A DNA stretch of 64,000 bases from Leptotrichia alba (lineage in GTDB: Bacteria; Fusobacteriota; Fusobacteriia; Fusobacteriales; Leptotrichiaceae), in contig NZ_CP165647.1 of assembly GCF_041199985.1 (NCBI RefSeq), positions 606,864 through 670,863 of the forward strand, read 5' to 3'. Below the pieces are notes generated by a model. It was not told where the DNA came from. It saw only the letters and a program-made list of their open reading frames with translations, and made no database searches. Positions within the stretch are counted from its first letter, which is position 1. Each line of letters starts with the position of its first letter. A program made the translations under genes and the position numbers. This document shows positions 20,364 through 30,472 of the stretch, in pieces.

Positions 20364-20963
20364 ATCTTCCTCCTTAAAATTAGAAAATAGCCACAAGACT
20401 ATTAACAGTTTGAAAACGTTTCATTTAATCTGTCAGATGGACACCCGAAAGATCAGTCTTAAATTTAACAAAGGAATTTAAAATTGCGATTATTTTCAAG
20501 GAATTTAATTTTTAATTTTCAAATTGCAAAATATTCAAAACTGTCTGAAAGCTCTTTATTCATTTTTCTTAAAGAATGCCTGTAAGTGATGGTTATGATT
20601 CGTGATTTTTTGTTTAAATTAAGTGATTGATAGTGATTTCAACAATTTAATCTTTTTCATAACAATTTTATAAAATGACGAATGAAACTTGCCCAAAAAC
20701 GGCATTCAATTCGTGTTTTGACATTCCAGAAGTTTTCTTAATGCTTTGCGTTCAAATAAGAAATTTGTCTCATATTTATTAAGAATAAAGCTTTGTTCTC
20801 ATCTTAGAATTTCCAGCATCAGTCCAAAAATCACTTTTTTTTAATAAAAAACAACATAATATGATACTTCTTATAAGCAATGGCTTATAATGACGTTATA
20901 TTATGTTAATTAGACCTGATTTACCAAATTTTAATAATGAGAAAATAGTTTTATTGTTTATAG

Positions 20964-20983
20964 ATATGAGAAATTTCTCATAT
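20964..20983. promoter_or_regulatory. 20-bp perfect palindrome ATATGAGAAATTTCTCATAT in the autotransporter upstream region
   Basis: Seen directly; about 600 bp upstream of the autotransporter start codon. Confidence 0.3.
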
Positions 20984-21190
20984 CATATTTTGTATCACAA
21001 TTTACGTAATTTTCAAATTATGTTTCCTTTTATAACCTAAATTTTAAATTGTAACGGATAAAATAGCTTAACTTTATATAATTTATTTAATTTTCAGATT
21101 TTTATTTTTAATATTATAAATTTATCCGTTTCATTTAAAAGACAATTGAAACAATCTTAGTATACCCTATCAAAAAAAAATGTCAACCTT

Positions 21191-21214
21191 TTTTACATAA
21201 AAAATCTATTTTTT
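21191..21214 (+). repeat. 24-bp perfect direct repeat TTTTACATAAAAAATCTATTTTTT; second copy at 22305..22328. The two copies flank the IS481-family element
   Basis: Exact match seen directly, both copies on the plus strand. Confidence 0.85.
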
Positions 21215-21215
21215 T

Positions 21216-22304
21216 TGTATAGTTGTCAAACATTTGTTACAAAAACTTTAAAAATAAATAGAAAAGTTATCTTACTAATGTCTTAGCCTAATTGTTTGTC
21301 CTGTATTCTTTCAGCATTTCATTTGGACTTTTAAAATTTAATACTTTTCTTGATATATTATTGTATCTGCTGCAATATCTTTTTACTGACCTTCTTAATT
21401 TTTCCAGACTTCTAAATCTTTTTCCTAAATAATAATTGCTGTCCAGCCTGTGGCTCCTTTCCACTTTCCCATTCTGCCACGGCGAATACGGTCTTGTTGT
21501 CATGTATTCTATCCCTAGTTCTTCCAGCTTTAGCTCAAATAGTGTCTTTTTGCCATTTTCCGCATTCGTAAACTCCCTGCCGTTATCACTTTGTATTTTT
21601 TCTATTTTAAAGCCCAGCTCCGCTTCAAGCGTTTCTAGAAATTTTGTCGTCTGGTATGTACTTTTTTCATCCACTATTCTTAATACCTCTTCCTTGTATA
21701 CTCATCTATTGCCGTTATCTGATAGTAATTCTGGTCATTCATTCCAAAACATATGCATTCTCTTGGAACATATTTTATGTCTATCTGAACCTTTTCGCCA
21801 GGATATGCAGCCTGCTTCACTTTTTTGTGCTTTTGTAAAGCCTTTTAGGCTTTTTGGGCTTATTATCCCTAATTTTTCTTATTATTTTGCACATAGTTCC
21901 ATAAGAACGGCTGTATCCCAGTTTTCTAGCTTCGGTATATACCTGTGCCAGTCCTTCATATGAAAATCTCCTGTATTTTTTCATAATTAAATCTATTTCT
22001 TCCTGAGTATGCTGATTTGGATGACTTTTAGGTCTTCTGCTTTTTGGCATCAGTGACTGCACTGTTCCGTCATATCTGTCACGCCATCTCTTAATCTGCT
22101 GTCTTGATGTCTTATATTTTAATGCCGCCTTTGAATTATTGTTATATTTTATTGCATACTCAACTGCCCGTTGACGAACACGGTACTCTTCTGATATACT
22201 ATTCATAGAAAGGTTTCTCCTTATGTAGTTTTGGTCGGCTTACATTATATCAGAAACCTTTCTTTTTTCTTCTTTTTTGTCACATATGTATTGTACCACG
22301 ACAT
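21216..22304 (-). mobile_element. IS481-family insertion sequence (about 1.09 kb), imperfect TGT-initiated terminal inverted repeats (about 17 of 27 positions)
   Basis: Single transposase with N-terminal HTH (RRPKSHPNQHT) and DDE/rve core (SDNGREF...SPWQNGKVERSHR). Ends inferred from inverted-repeat alignment. Confidence 0.6.
21288..22206 (-). pseudogene. IS481-family transposase split into three frames by two single-base indels at homopolymers (A6 run near 21812, TT/TTT near 21680)
   Basis: Manual re-translation restores a continuous approximately 307-aa protein: ...KPKKPKRLYKSTKK/VKQAAYPGEKVQIDIKYVPRECICFGMNDQNYYQITAIDEYTRKRY/LRIVDEKSTYQTTKFLE... Confidence 0.7.
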
Positions 22305-22530
22305 TTTACATAAAAAATCTATTTTTTCTCTGGTTTTTAATCAAAAATTAATTGTTATAGCTTAAATTTTCTTAGAAAATATCGTTATAGTCTATAATAA
22401 ATCATTCAAATTTCTCAAAAATATTAAAAAAAGAAAAAATAATTCAATTTATTTTTGAATAAAAATTAATTTATAAAAACTTTTAAAAATTGTTATTCTA
22501 ATTCTATTTTTGTAAAGTTTATATTTTCAA

Positions 22531-22560
22531 TAAAAAAAGACTGTCTTTCATGACAGCCTT
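22531..22560 (-). terminator. Rho-independent terminator of the 22579..23154 gene (CTGTC-atgaaa-GACAG plus U-run, on the minus strand)
   Basis: Hairpin plus T7 run immediately 3' of the gene on the minus strand. Confidence 0.5.
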
Positions 22561-22578
22561 CGTTATTGTCCTGCTTGC

Positions 22579-23154
22579 TTATTTCGCTACTTGCCACTTG
22601 TTATTCTTATCTTTTTTAAACTTAATCGTTGATGTGGCCAAGTTTATTTTCTTCGTATTTTTCAAATAGTCATATTGCAATGTTATATACTTGTCAATAT
22701 CAATTTCCACTTCCCCTTTTGACTTGTCAACTTTTGTCACATATTTACTGGTATTATCCCCCAGATATTTGTTCAAGGCGGCTTCATCGTATCCTTTCAC
22801 AAGAAATACAACTTCCCCTTTGCTTCCATTTTCATTTACCTTGTAAACAGACACTTCAAACTGCTCCAGAAGCATCGTATTCGTATCCTCCCACTGCTTC
22901 TTCAATGTTGGATTGTTCAGCTTTTCTATATAGGCATCCACATCAGGATTTATCGACTTTAGCATTTCCCTTGACCCAAAATTCGATATTTCCTGCAACG
23001 CCTTTGCATAATCCGATGCCGCAACATTCAAGGAATCATACATTTTCACTTCCGATGTCTCGCTTTTACTCGGCTCTGCATTAGCAATCCCAGGCACTGC
23101 CATCAGATTCCCTAAGACCAACAGACTTACTAACATTCTTTTTAATTTTAACAT
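22579..23154 (-). CDS. secreted hypothetical protein (signal peptide, 191 aa)
   Basis: N-terminal signal peptide MLKLKRMLVSLLVLGNLMAVPGIANA. No recognisable catalytic motif. Confidence 0.55.
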   Translation of the reverse strand: MLKLKRMLVSLLVLGNLMAVPGIANAEPSKSETSEVKMYDSLNVAASDYAKALQEISNFGSREMLKSINPDVDAYIEKLNNPTLKKQWEDTNTMLLEQFEVSVYKVNENGSKGEVVFLVKGYDEAALNKYLGDNTSKYVTKVDKSKGEVEIDIDKYITLQYDYLKNTKKINLATSTIKFKKDKNNKWQVAK

Positions 23155-23169
23155 TTTTTCTTTGCCCTC

Positions 23170-23766
23170 CTATTTTTTATTAAACATTTTTATACTTTCT
23201 GATTTTACGTAGAAAAATTCTTTTGCTGCTTTTTCTTCAAAAATATTATAATTTTTTTGTAATTCTATTATGGCTGATTTTAAGATTTCTCCTTTTCTAA
23301 CTCGTTGGGAAATTCCATAAAATGCTCTTTCCAGAAAATTGATGTTTTGATAACTTGACATTACTTTTTCAGATTTGAGCCATTGGAAAGTTCTTTTGAA
23401 GTTATCAGGGAAAAATTTTTCATTAGTTTTTATATTATACAATATTTTGTTTTCAATATTATTAAGATTATCATTGAATAAACTATCAAAATTTTTAGAT
23501 AAAAAGTGGTCAATGTACATATCCGACACAATTCCCTTAAAAATTCCAAATTTTTTCGTCAGCAATTCATTCAAAAAATTTTCATTCCTGTCAGAAATTT
23601 TATCAATTATTCTATGCAGAACAATCCCTTCTTTTAATTCATCCGGAAGTTCAATTTTTTCCACTAATCCCTTATAAAAATCTCCAGCAAAATTTCCATA
23701 TAATGTTTTTTTATTTTCTTTTTCATCAATTTCAAGCGAAATCAGTGAATGCGCTAAAAAATTCAT
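23170..23766 (-). CDS. ACP phosphodiesterase-like protein (AcpH/DUF479 family)
   Basis: N-terminal MNFLAHSLIS and IDHFL motifs resemble AcpH. Confidence 0.55.
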   Translation of the reverse strand: MNFLAHSLISLEIDEKENKKTLYGNFAGDFYKGLVEKIELPDELKEGIVLHRIIDKISDRNENFLNELLTKKFGIFKGIVSDMYIDHFLSKNFDSLFNDNLNNIENKILYNIKTNEKFFPDNFKRTFQWLKSEKVMSSYQNINFLERAFYGISQRVRKGEILKSAIIELQKNYNIFEEKAAKEFFYVKSESIKMFNKK

Positions 23767-23777
23767 AATTCTTCTTT

Positions 23778-24536
23778 CTATTCTTCTTCCAGTTTATCAG
23801 CAAATTTAAATCCTTGCTCTTCTAATTCTTTTTTCGATTCATTGTAGAAATTTTCGTAAATTCTTACAATCATTTCCTTGTATGAAGGAAGTTGCGGCGT
23901 TCCATTTTCTTTACGCCATTCGTTTATATCCTTTTCGTGAAATTCTACAACTTCCTTAACCTTTTTTGCATCATATTTATCTTCAAATGCAAACGTATCT
24001 AGCGGAACTCTCGGTTTTACTCTTGTTAGCGGTCTTTCTGCAGGCACTCCAATCGTGCTTCCAATTAATGGAAAAACATATTTTGGTAATCCCAGCATTT
24101 TTATAATTTCTTTTGAATTTTTTCTAATCGCCCCAATTACAGTAGTTCCATAACCAAGTGCAATAGCGGCTGTTTGCAGTGCATTTACCACAATTCCCGC
24201 ATCTATAGCTCCAACTAGTATTCCATCAGCAGATAAGGGACCGATGTTTCTTTTTCCAACAGATTCCGCAGCATATACTCCACGATAAAAATCCATTACT
24301 ACAAATACAAAAACGCTTGCTTCTGCAATATGCTTCTGTCCACCACATAATTCAGCAATTTTTTCCAATTTTTGCTTATCTCTAATTACAATTAATGAAG
24401 TTTGCTGTCCATTAACTGAATTTGCAGCTCTTTGCGCTGTATAAAGTATAGTTTGTAAATCTTTCTCTTTTATATTTTCTCCAGTAAATTCTCTTACAGA
24501 ACGTCTATCTTGCAATTGTTTTATTGTTTCATTCAT
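23778..24536 (-). CDS. NADPH-dependent nitroreductase (NfsA-like oxygen-insensitive nitroreductase)
   Basis: RRSVREF near the N-terminus, nitroreductase fold length (252 aa), NfsA-type C-terminal extension. Confidence 0.8.
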   Translation of the reverse strand: MNETIKQLQDRRSVREFTGENIKEKDLQTILYTAQRAANSVNGQQTSLIVIRDKQKLEKIAELCGGQKHIAEASVFVFVVMDFYRGVYAAESVGKRNIGPLSADGILVGAIDAGIVVNALQTAAIALGYGTTVIGAIRKNSKEIIKMLGLPKYVFPLIGSTIGVPAERPLTRVKPRVPLDTFAFEDKYDAKKVKEVVEFHEKDINEWRKENGTPQLPSYKEMIVRIYENFYNESKKELEEQGFKFADKLEEE

Positions 24537-24719
24537 TTTAAGCTCTCCTATTTTCCAGTTTATTCAACTAATGTTACCACATTATATTTTTATTGTCAAA
24601 CTGTCATCTTTTTTCAAAAAATATTGACACACATAATATTTTATAGTAATATATTTGTATAGTCAAAATATTTGGATATAATAAATAAATTATAAGATTA
24701 CAGACATAAGGAGAAGAAT

Positions 24720-26807
24720 ATGCTAAAAAAATTAATGATCTTAAGTTTAATTGCCGCTTCACTAATGGCATTTGGAGAAGAGAAAAATGATACATTTGAT
24801 ATAACGTTGGAAGAAACTGTAATAACAGGCATCAAAAATGATGATATACAAAAAAGTGGACAAATCAAAAACACAACTGTCGTAACTTATCAGGATATTC
24901 ACGATAAAGGGTACAATACTGTAGAAGAAGTGCTAAAACATACGCCAGGCATAAATTTTGTAAATAATGGATTTGGATACATTGCAGATGTAAGAGGTCA
25001 GGGGGAGCAGGGAGCTACAAAAAATGTAAAAATTCTTGTGGATGGCACTCCTTTGAACATACTGGACACTTCGCATGCAATTTTGCCGCTAAACTCTATT
25101 GCGGTAGAAGATATTGAAAAAATAGAAATTGTCAATGGTGGAGGAACTGTACTTTACGGTGGAGGGACTACTGGTGGAGTAATTAACATAATTACGAAGA
25201 AAACTCAAGACGAGTTTATGAAAAGTAAAATCTACTATCAGAACAGTTCATTTGATACGAACAAATACGGTATTGGAACAAGCATTAAATTTGCTGATAA
25301 ATTTTTGTTGAATTTAGGGTATGAAGGTATTGACGGGAAAGGTTACAGATATAGAGATAAAAAAAATGGAAAAAACTTAAGAGGTGGATTTACATATGAT
25401 ATCACAGATAATCAAACTTTGAGCTTTAAGGCGACAAGATATGATGAAGATACGAAGGAATCCGATGGAATTAAAAAAGTTCAAATGGACAGAGATAGAC
25501 GGCAAGATGGAGATACTTTGACTGATTCCAATTTAAAAAGGACTGAATTTAGCTTAAATTACGAAATTAAGCCAACTGACAATCTTGCCTTCTCACTTTT
25601 GGGATACAATCAAAAAACTGTTAGAAAATATGAGCAAAGTATTCCAGCAGAAAAAGCAAATCTTTCTGGAATGCGACCTGGTAATTCTCGACCTAATCCT
25701 GGTGGCGGTTCCAGACCTGGAGGGAATATGCCAAATTTTTCATCAGGACAAGTTCACATAACAAAAGGAGGATTTAAAGATACAAAAAATGGAATCGATT
25801 TAAAGGGAAAATATAATTATGGCCCTGGCGATATTATTTTCGGATATGAATACATAAAAAATAAATCTTCCAGAAATGCTTATGGCGGACTATATATGTG
25901 GAGCCAAAAACTATCCTCAACTTCCAATATTGATATTGATATGGAAAAAGACACACATTCAGTCTTTATCCAGAATAAACATTCGTTCACAGATAAACTG
26001 GATGGAATCTTAGGCTACAGATACGAACATGCTGATTATGATATTTACAGAACAGACGGAACAAATTCTGTCAATAATAAATCCAAAAAGAACAACAATG
26101 CCTATGAAGCAGGATTGAACTTTAAATATTCGGATACTGGAAATGTTTATGCAAAATATGAAAAAGGTTACAGATCTCCATCTCCAGCTGAAATGGTAGA
26201 CAAAACTCCTACTACAGGATATATTCTAAACAATTTAAAATCTGAAAAATACGATACTTATGAAATTGGTGTAAAAGATATACTTGGTCCATCATTTGTA
26301 AGTATTACAGGTTTTTATACAAAAAAAGATGATGAAATTCTTAGAAATATGATAGGTCACGGTATTCACTGGACACACAGAAATTTACCCAAAACCGAAA
26401 GAAAAGGTATCGAACTGTTTGCCGAACAATATTTAGAACCATTTCGAATAAATGAGTCAGTTTCTTACATAGATGCAAAAATAACGAAAGGAACTGATAA
26501 AGGTAAAAAAATACCGTATGTGTCAAGAATTAAAGCAACTTTGGGAGCTAACTATGAAGTTGTAAAAGGACTGAATATAACAGCAGACTTAAATTACTTC
26601 TCTGATTCAGTAGATGAAAAATACGAAAAAATTAAGGCTTATTCTACAACAGATTTAGGAATGAACTATACTCACAAAACAGGTCTAGGACTTCAGGCGG
26701 GAATTAAAAACGTATTTGATAAAAAATACTATAGATACAAAAACGGAGACAGCTATATTCCAGAAACTGAAAGAACTTACTATGTCGGTGTGAGCTATAA
26801 CTTTTAG
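24720..26807 (+). CDS. TonB-dependent outer-membrane receptor
   Basis: Signal peptide, plug domain (ETVITG...NTVEEVLKHTPGINF), long beta-barrel, C-terminal aromatic residue (…YVGVSYNF). Confidence 0.85.
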   Translation: MLKKLMILSLIAASLMAFGEEKNDTFDITLEETVITGIKNDDIQKSGQIKNTTVVTYQDIHDKGYNTVEEVLKHTPGINFVNNGFGYIADVRGQGEQGATKNVKILVDGTPLNILDTSHAILPLNSIAVEDIEKIEIVNGGGTVLYGGGTTGGVINIITKKTQDEFMKSKIYYQNSSFDTNKYGIGTSIKFADKFLLNLGYEGIDGKGYRYRDKKNGKNLRGGFTYDITDNQTLSFKATRYDEDTKESDGIKKVQMDRDRRQDGDTLTDSNLKRTEFSLNYEIKPTDNLAFSLLGYNQKTVRKYEQSIPAEKANLSGMRPGNSRPNPGGGSRPGGNMPNFSSGQVHITKGGFKDTKNGIDLKGKYNYGPGDIIFGYEYIKNKSSRNAYGGLYMWSQKLSSTSNIDIDMEKDTHSVFIQNKHSFTDKLDGILGYRYEHADYDIYRTDGTNSVNNKSKKNNNAYEAGLNFKYSDTGNVYAKYEKGYRSPSPAEMVDKTPTTGYILNNLKSEKYDTYEIGVKDILGPSFVSITGFYTKKDDEILRNMIGHGIHWTHRNLPKTERKGIELFAEQYLEPFRINESVSYIDAKITKGTDKGKKIPYVSRIKATLGANYEVVKGLNITADLNYFSDSVDEKYEKIKAYSTTDLGMNYTHKTGLGLQAGIKNVFDKKYYRYKNGDSYIPETERTYYVGVSYNF

Positions 26808-26981
26808 AAAATAAATTTTAATAAAAAGTGCAGTCAGACAATTGTTAAAAAAAATTGTTTGGTTGTATTTTTTTAGTTAAAATCATGAAATGAAAAAAAA
26901 TAAAAATGAAGATAATTTATTTAATTTTATCAGTTCACTCTTAAAGGAGTTAATGTATAGTTTGACATCAAAGTATTTCAA

Positions 26982-28301
26982 GTGTATAATTTCAAAAAAA
27001 TAAAAAAGAAAGATGGAAGAAAAATGAAAAATTATTTAAAGGGGATAAATCAAAGGATTGGGAATATTTTTGTGAATATTCGAACTTTGGAGGAATTGGA
27101 AAGGAAAACTGGATATACTGTGGATGAAGAGGGGAATATTCTGGAATATAATAAAAATTTGAAAAAAGTGGAAAACTTTATAAAAAATGGAGAATTTGCT
27201 AAAGCAAAAAAAATTCTGAAAAAAATGAGAAAACTTCATCGAATGGGATATTATGAACTTGGAAAATATTATTATTTTTGTGAAGGAAATTTAAGCAAGG
27301 CTGAAAGCAATCTATACATTGCATTTGAGAATGGAATTATAAAAGCTGGATATTATCTAGGCTTGCTGGAAGAAAAAAGCGGAAATATGAATCTGGCTCG
27401 AAACTGGTACGTCACAAGCTTTAACTTTTCCGAACAGTCTATTATGAAACTATTTTACATTGCAATTATGGAACAAAACTTCTGGACAATTGACGGATAT
27501 TTCTACTATATTTTACAATACGGCGAAAATGCCAAAAATCTCTATGAATTTGCAAAATATTACTTCTGGGGCAAAAATTTTGAAAAAATTAAGGAAATTC
27601 AGAATAAGTTGACAAGTAGAAGTCATATTTTATATTTGACAAAAGAAATTTTACACAACATCGAGTGTATGCTTGGAGATGAAAAAGACAAAGAATATAT
27701 AAAATGTGCAGAAAATGCTAAAATTCTTGAATTACAAAAAGATTTTAATGCAGAATTTCTTTATAAAAAATCGGCTGAATACAATGAATATGGAAATGTG
27801 AGACTCGCTAAATTTTACGGAAAATTTGCAAAATCTGATAAATATGAAAAACTGGAAAAAATTTTTAAAAATAATTTTTTGAAGCAAATACGCTCAGAAG
27901 CATCTTATCAGCTTGGAAAATACAACGAATACCATAACAATCTTTATGATGCAATAAATTGGTACGAAATATCTGCAAAAAATGAAAATTATAAATCTTT
28001 TTATAAACTTTCAAAACTGCAGAACAAAAAATTTCCAGAAAAAGAAACAACTTTACAAAATGATTATTTTAAATATTTAAAAAATTCCGCAGATTTAGGT
28101 TATGCACAGGCAATGATTGAAATGGCACTTGCTAAAAACTTAAATAGTCTGAAAAGTTTTGAAATGGCAGAAAAAATTTTAGGACAAAATAACATTTTTG
28201 AATTAACACAGGCAATATCAAATGAGGCGAAAATGATTTATTTTGGAAATGAAATTAAGGAAATTTTGGAAATATGCTATGAAGAAAATAATTTTAGGTA
28301 A
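26982..28301 (+). CDS. hypothetical cytoplasmic repeat protein (Sel1/TPR-like repeats); true start may be MKNYLKG at 27024
   Basis: Repetitive GxYYxG / A..Y-type helical repeat pattern, no signal peptide. Confidence 0.45.
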   Translation: MYNFKKIKKKDGRKMKNYLKGINQRIGNIFVNIRTLEELERKTGYTVDEEGNILEYNKNLKKVENFIKNGEFAKAKKILKKMRKLHRMGYYELGKYYYFCEGNLSKAESNLYIAFENGIIKAGYYLGLLEEKSGNMNLARNWYVTSFNFSEQSIMKLFYIAIMEQNFWTIDGYFYYILQYGENAKNLYEFAKYYFWGKNFEKIKEIQNKLTSRSHILYLTKEILHNIECMLGDEKDKEYIKCAENAKILELQKDFNAEFLYKKSAEYNEYGNVRLAKFYGKFAKSDKYEKLEKIFKNNFLKQIRSEASYQLGKYNEYHNNLYDAINWYEISAKNENYKSFYKLSKLQNKKFPEKETTLQNDYFKYLKNSADLGYAQAMIEMALAKNLNSLKSFEMAEKILGQNNIFELTQAISNEAKMIYFGNEIKEILEICYEENNFR

Positions 28302-28306
28302 AAATA

Positions 28307-28357
28307 AAAAACCGCTTTATTTGAGTAATTCATTTAAAACGGTTTTTTTATATTGAT
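28307..28357. terminator. Bidirectional terminator-like element between convergent genes (AAAAACCG ... CGGTTTTTTT)
   Basis: Short stem with a large loop flanked by A and T runs; weak. Confidence 0.3.
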
Positions 28358-28402
28358 TTATTTAATCATCAAATCAAATTTATATATTTTGAAATAAAAA
28401 TA

Positions 28403-30337
28403 CTAATTTTCCTGTTTAATAGCAGGTTTTAAGAACCCTAACACAAATGCTGCAGCAATACTTCCAATAACAACTGCTAGTAAGTATAATAAGAAATTAT
28501 TACTTAATGCCATTACTAGAATTCCACCATGAGGTGCAGGGATTTTTATACTAAATAGGCCTGTTAACGCTCCTGCTATTGCTGATCCGATAACACTTGC
28601 TGGAATAACTCTTGTTGGATCTGCCGCTGCATAAGGAATCGCACCTTCTGTAATGAATGAGAATCCCATAATGTAGTTTGTAAGTCCAGCTTCTCTTTCT
28701 TCTGCTGTAAATTTATTTTTAAAGAGTGTTGAAGCCAATGCAATTGCGATTGGAGGAACCATTCCACCAGCCATAACTGCTGCCATCGGTAAACTTCCGC
28801 CTGAAGTCATTGTAGCTGCTAGCGTACCAGAACCAAATACGTAAGCCGCTTTATTTACTGGACCTCCCATATCAATAGCCATCATTCCGCCAAGAACTGC
28901 TCCCAGTAAAACTGCACTTGAACCTGACATTCCATTTAACCAGTTATTTAAAGCATTGTTAATTATTGAAGCAAATGGATTTATTACAAGCACCATTCCC
29001 ACTCCTGTAATTAATACTGACAATACTGGATACAATAGAATCATTTTCAGACCATTTAAAGATCTTGGCATTCCAGATAAACCTTTTACTAATCCTTTTA
29101 CAACATATCCTGCAAGAAATCCACCAAGCAACGCACCAATAAACCCAGAACCACCAGCAGTTGCAATTGCTCCTGCAACTAATCCTGCCGAAAGTGCCGC
29201 TCTCTCACTAATACTGTAAGCAATGTATCCAGCTAAAACTGGTACAAACAATCCAAACGCTTGTCCACCAATATCTTTTAACATTTTAGCCAAAGGTGCT
29301 TTTGAACCGTATTCTGCTCCAGCTCCACCATTACCAGACAATGTATCTACTAAAAATGCCAATGCTATCAATATTCCACCACTTATAACTAACGGAAGCA
29401 TATATGAAACTCCACTTAACAGGTGTTTATAAAGTCCTTTTTTCTCAGATGAAGCTGATTCTGAAGAAGCTGTAGAAGAACCGCTTGCGTGGAAAATAGG
29501 AGCTTTTCCATCTAAAACTTGTTGAATTAATGCTTTTGCATTATTAATTCCTTCTTTTGCCTCTACTTGAATTAAAGGTTTTCCATCAAATCTGTCAACT
29601 TCAATGTTTCTGTTAATTGCTAAAATTACACCTTTTGCTTCTTTTATATCTTCAGTTGTCAAAATATCTTTTCTTCCATCAGCACCGTTTGTTTCTACTT
29701 TAATTTTTACTCCCATTTCTTCCGCTGCTTTTTTAAGTGCCGCCGCTGCCATATATGTATGAGCAATTCCTGTTGGACAAGCTGTTGCCGCAATTATGTA
29801 AGGTGCATCTCCTGATGCTGCTGGGATTGTTGTTTCAGCTGATTTTTCTTCTTTTTTCTGAACATTTTCTTCAGGGAATTTTTCAGCTTCTGTCTTGTTA
29901 ATAATTTCTATTATTTCATCAGATGTTGCCGCATTTTCAAGAGCTTCCTTAAAGTCATCATCCAGTAATAATTGTGATAATCTTGCAAGTGTCTCAATAT
30001 GCGTGTTATTTGCACCGTCTGGAGCTGCAATCATAAAGAATAGTGTCGCAGGTTCACCATCCAATGAATCATAGTCAATTCCTTCAGGCTTTCTTCCCAT
30101 CGCAAGTGCAGGTTTTTTTACAAATTTTGTTTTTGCATGCGGAATTGCAATTCCTTCACCGATCCCAGTCGAACTTTGCTCTTCCCTTGCCATTAATGCT
30201 TTAACATAACCGTCATAATCGTTTAAAACACCTGTTTTTTCATGTAATCTAGCAAGTTCCTTAATAATGTCTACTTTATTTGTAGATTTTACATCCAGAT
30301 TTATTCTGTCCTTAATCAGTAAATCTGATATTTTCAT
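28403..30337 (-). CDS. fruA: PTS fructose-specific EIIABC
   Basis: EIIA (mannitol/fructose type, IAIPHAKT), EIIB (ATACPTGIAHTYMAA) and EIIC membrane domain in one 644-aa protein. Confidence 0.9.
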   Translation of the reverse strand: MKISDLLIKDRINLDVKSTNKVDIIKELARLHEKTGVLNDYDGYVKALMAREEQSSTGIGEGIAIPHAKTKFVKKPALAMGRKPEGIDYDSLDGEPATLFFMIAAPDGANNTHIETLARLSQLLLDDDFKEALENAATSDEIIEIINKTEAEKFPEENVQKKEEKSAETTIPAASGDAPYIIAATACPTGIAHTYMAAAALKKAAEEMGVKIKVETNGADGRKDILTTEDIKEAKGVILAINRNIEVDRFDGKPLIQVEAKEGINNAKALIQQVLDGKAPIFHASGSSTASSESASSEKKGLYKHLLSGVSYMLPLVISGGILIALAFLVDTLSGNGGAGAEYGSKAPLAKMLKDIGGQAFGLFVPVLAGYIAYSISERAALSAGLVAGAIATAGGSGFIGALLGGFLAGYVVKGLVKGLSGMPRSLNGLKMILLYPVLSVLITGVGMVLVINPFASIINNALNNWLNGMSGSSAVLLGAVLGGMMAIDMGGPVNKAAYVFGSGTLAATMTSGGSLPMAAVMAGGMVPPIAIALASTLFKNKFTAEEREAGLTNYIMGFSFITEGAIPYAAADPTRVIPASVIGSAIAGALTGLFSIKIPAPHGGILVMALSNNFLLYLLAVVIGSIAAAFVLGFLKPAIKQEN

Positions 30338-30472
30338 CTTTACACCATCCTTATTTATTTTATTTTTTTAGATTTATTTTTTGCCATAGTAAAACTACTT
30401 TAAAACTCGATTCAAAAATCATAACTATTTTATTCAAATTAAAATTTAATTTTCGTTAATACAAGTCTATTT

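Noticed and set aside
20364-20396. ORF-track N-terminal extension MWLFSNFKEED of the autotransporter (and similar MRRKK of fruK, MKGEAK of speE, MKFRIVIIKSKN.. of speA)
   Set aside because: These extensions consist of the Shine-Dalgarno sequence read as codons. The downstream ATG has proper RBS spacing and matches homolog N-termini.
21436-21963. 175-aa plus-strand ORF across the IS481-like element
   Set aside because: Antisense to the transposase fragments. No homology, Ser/Leu/Phe-rich.
22579-23154. Horizontal acquisition of the secreted-protein gene next to the IS element
   Set aside because: Composition does not differ noticeably from its surroundings, and it appears co-operonic with the AcpH-like and nitroreductase genes.
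28956-29432. Two plus-strand ORFs inside fruA
   Set aside because: Antisense to the EIIC domain of fruA. Pro/Asn-rich artefacts.
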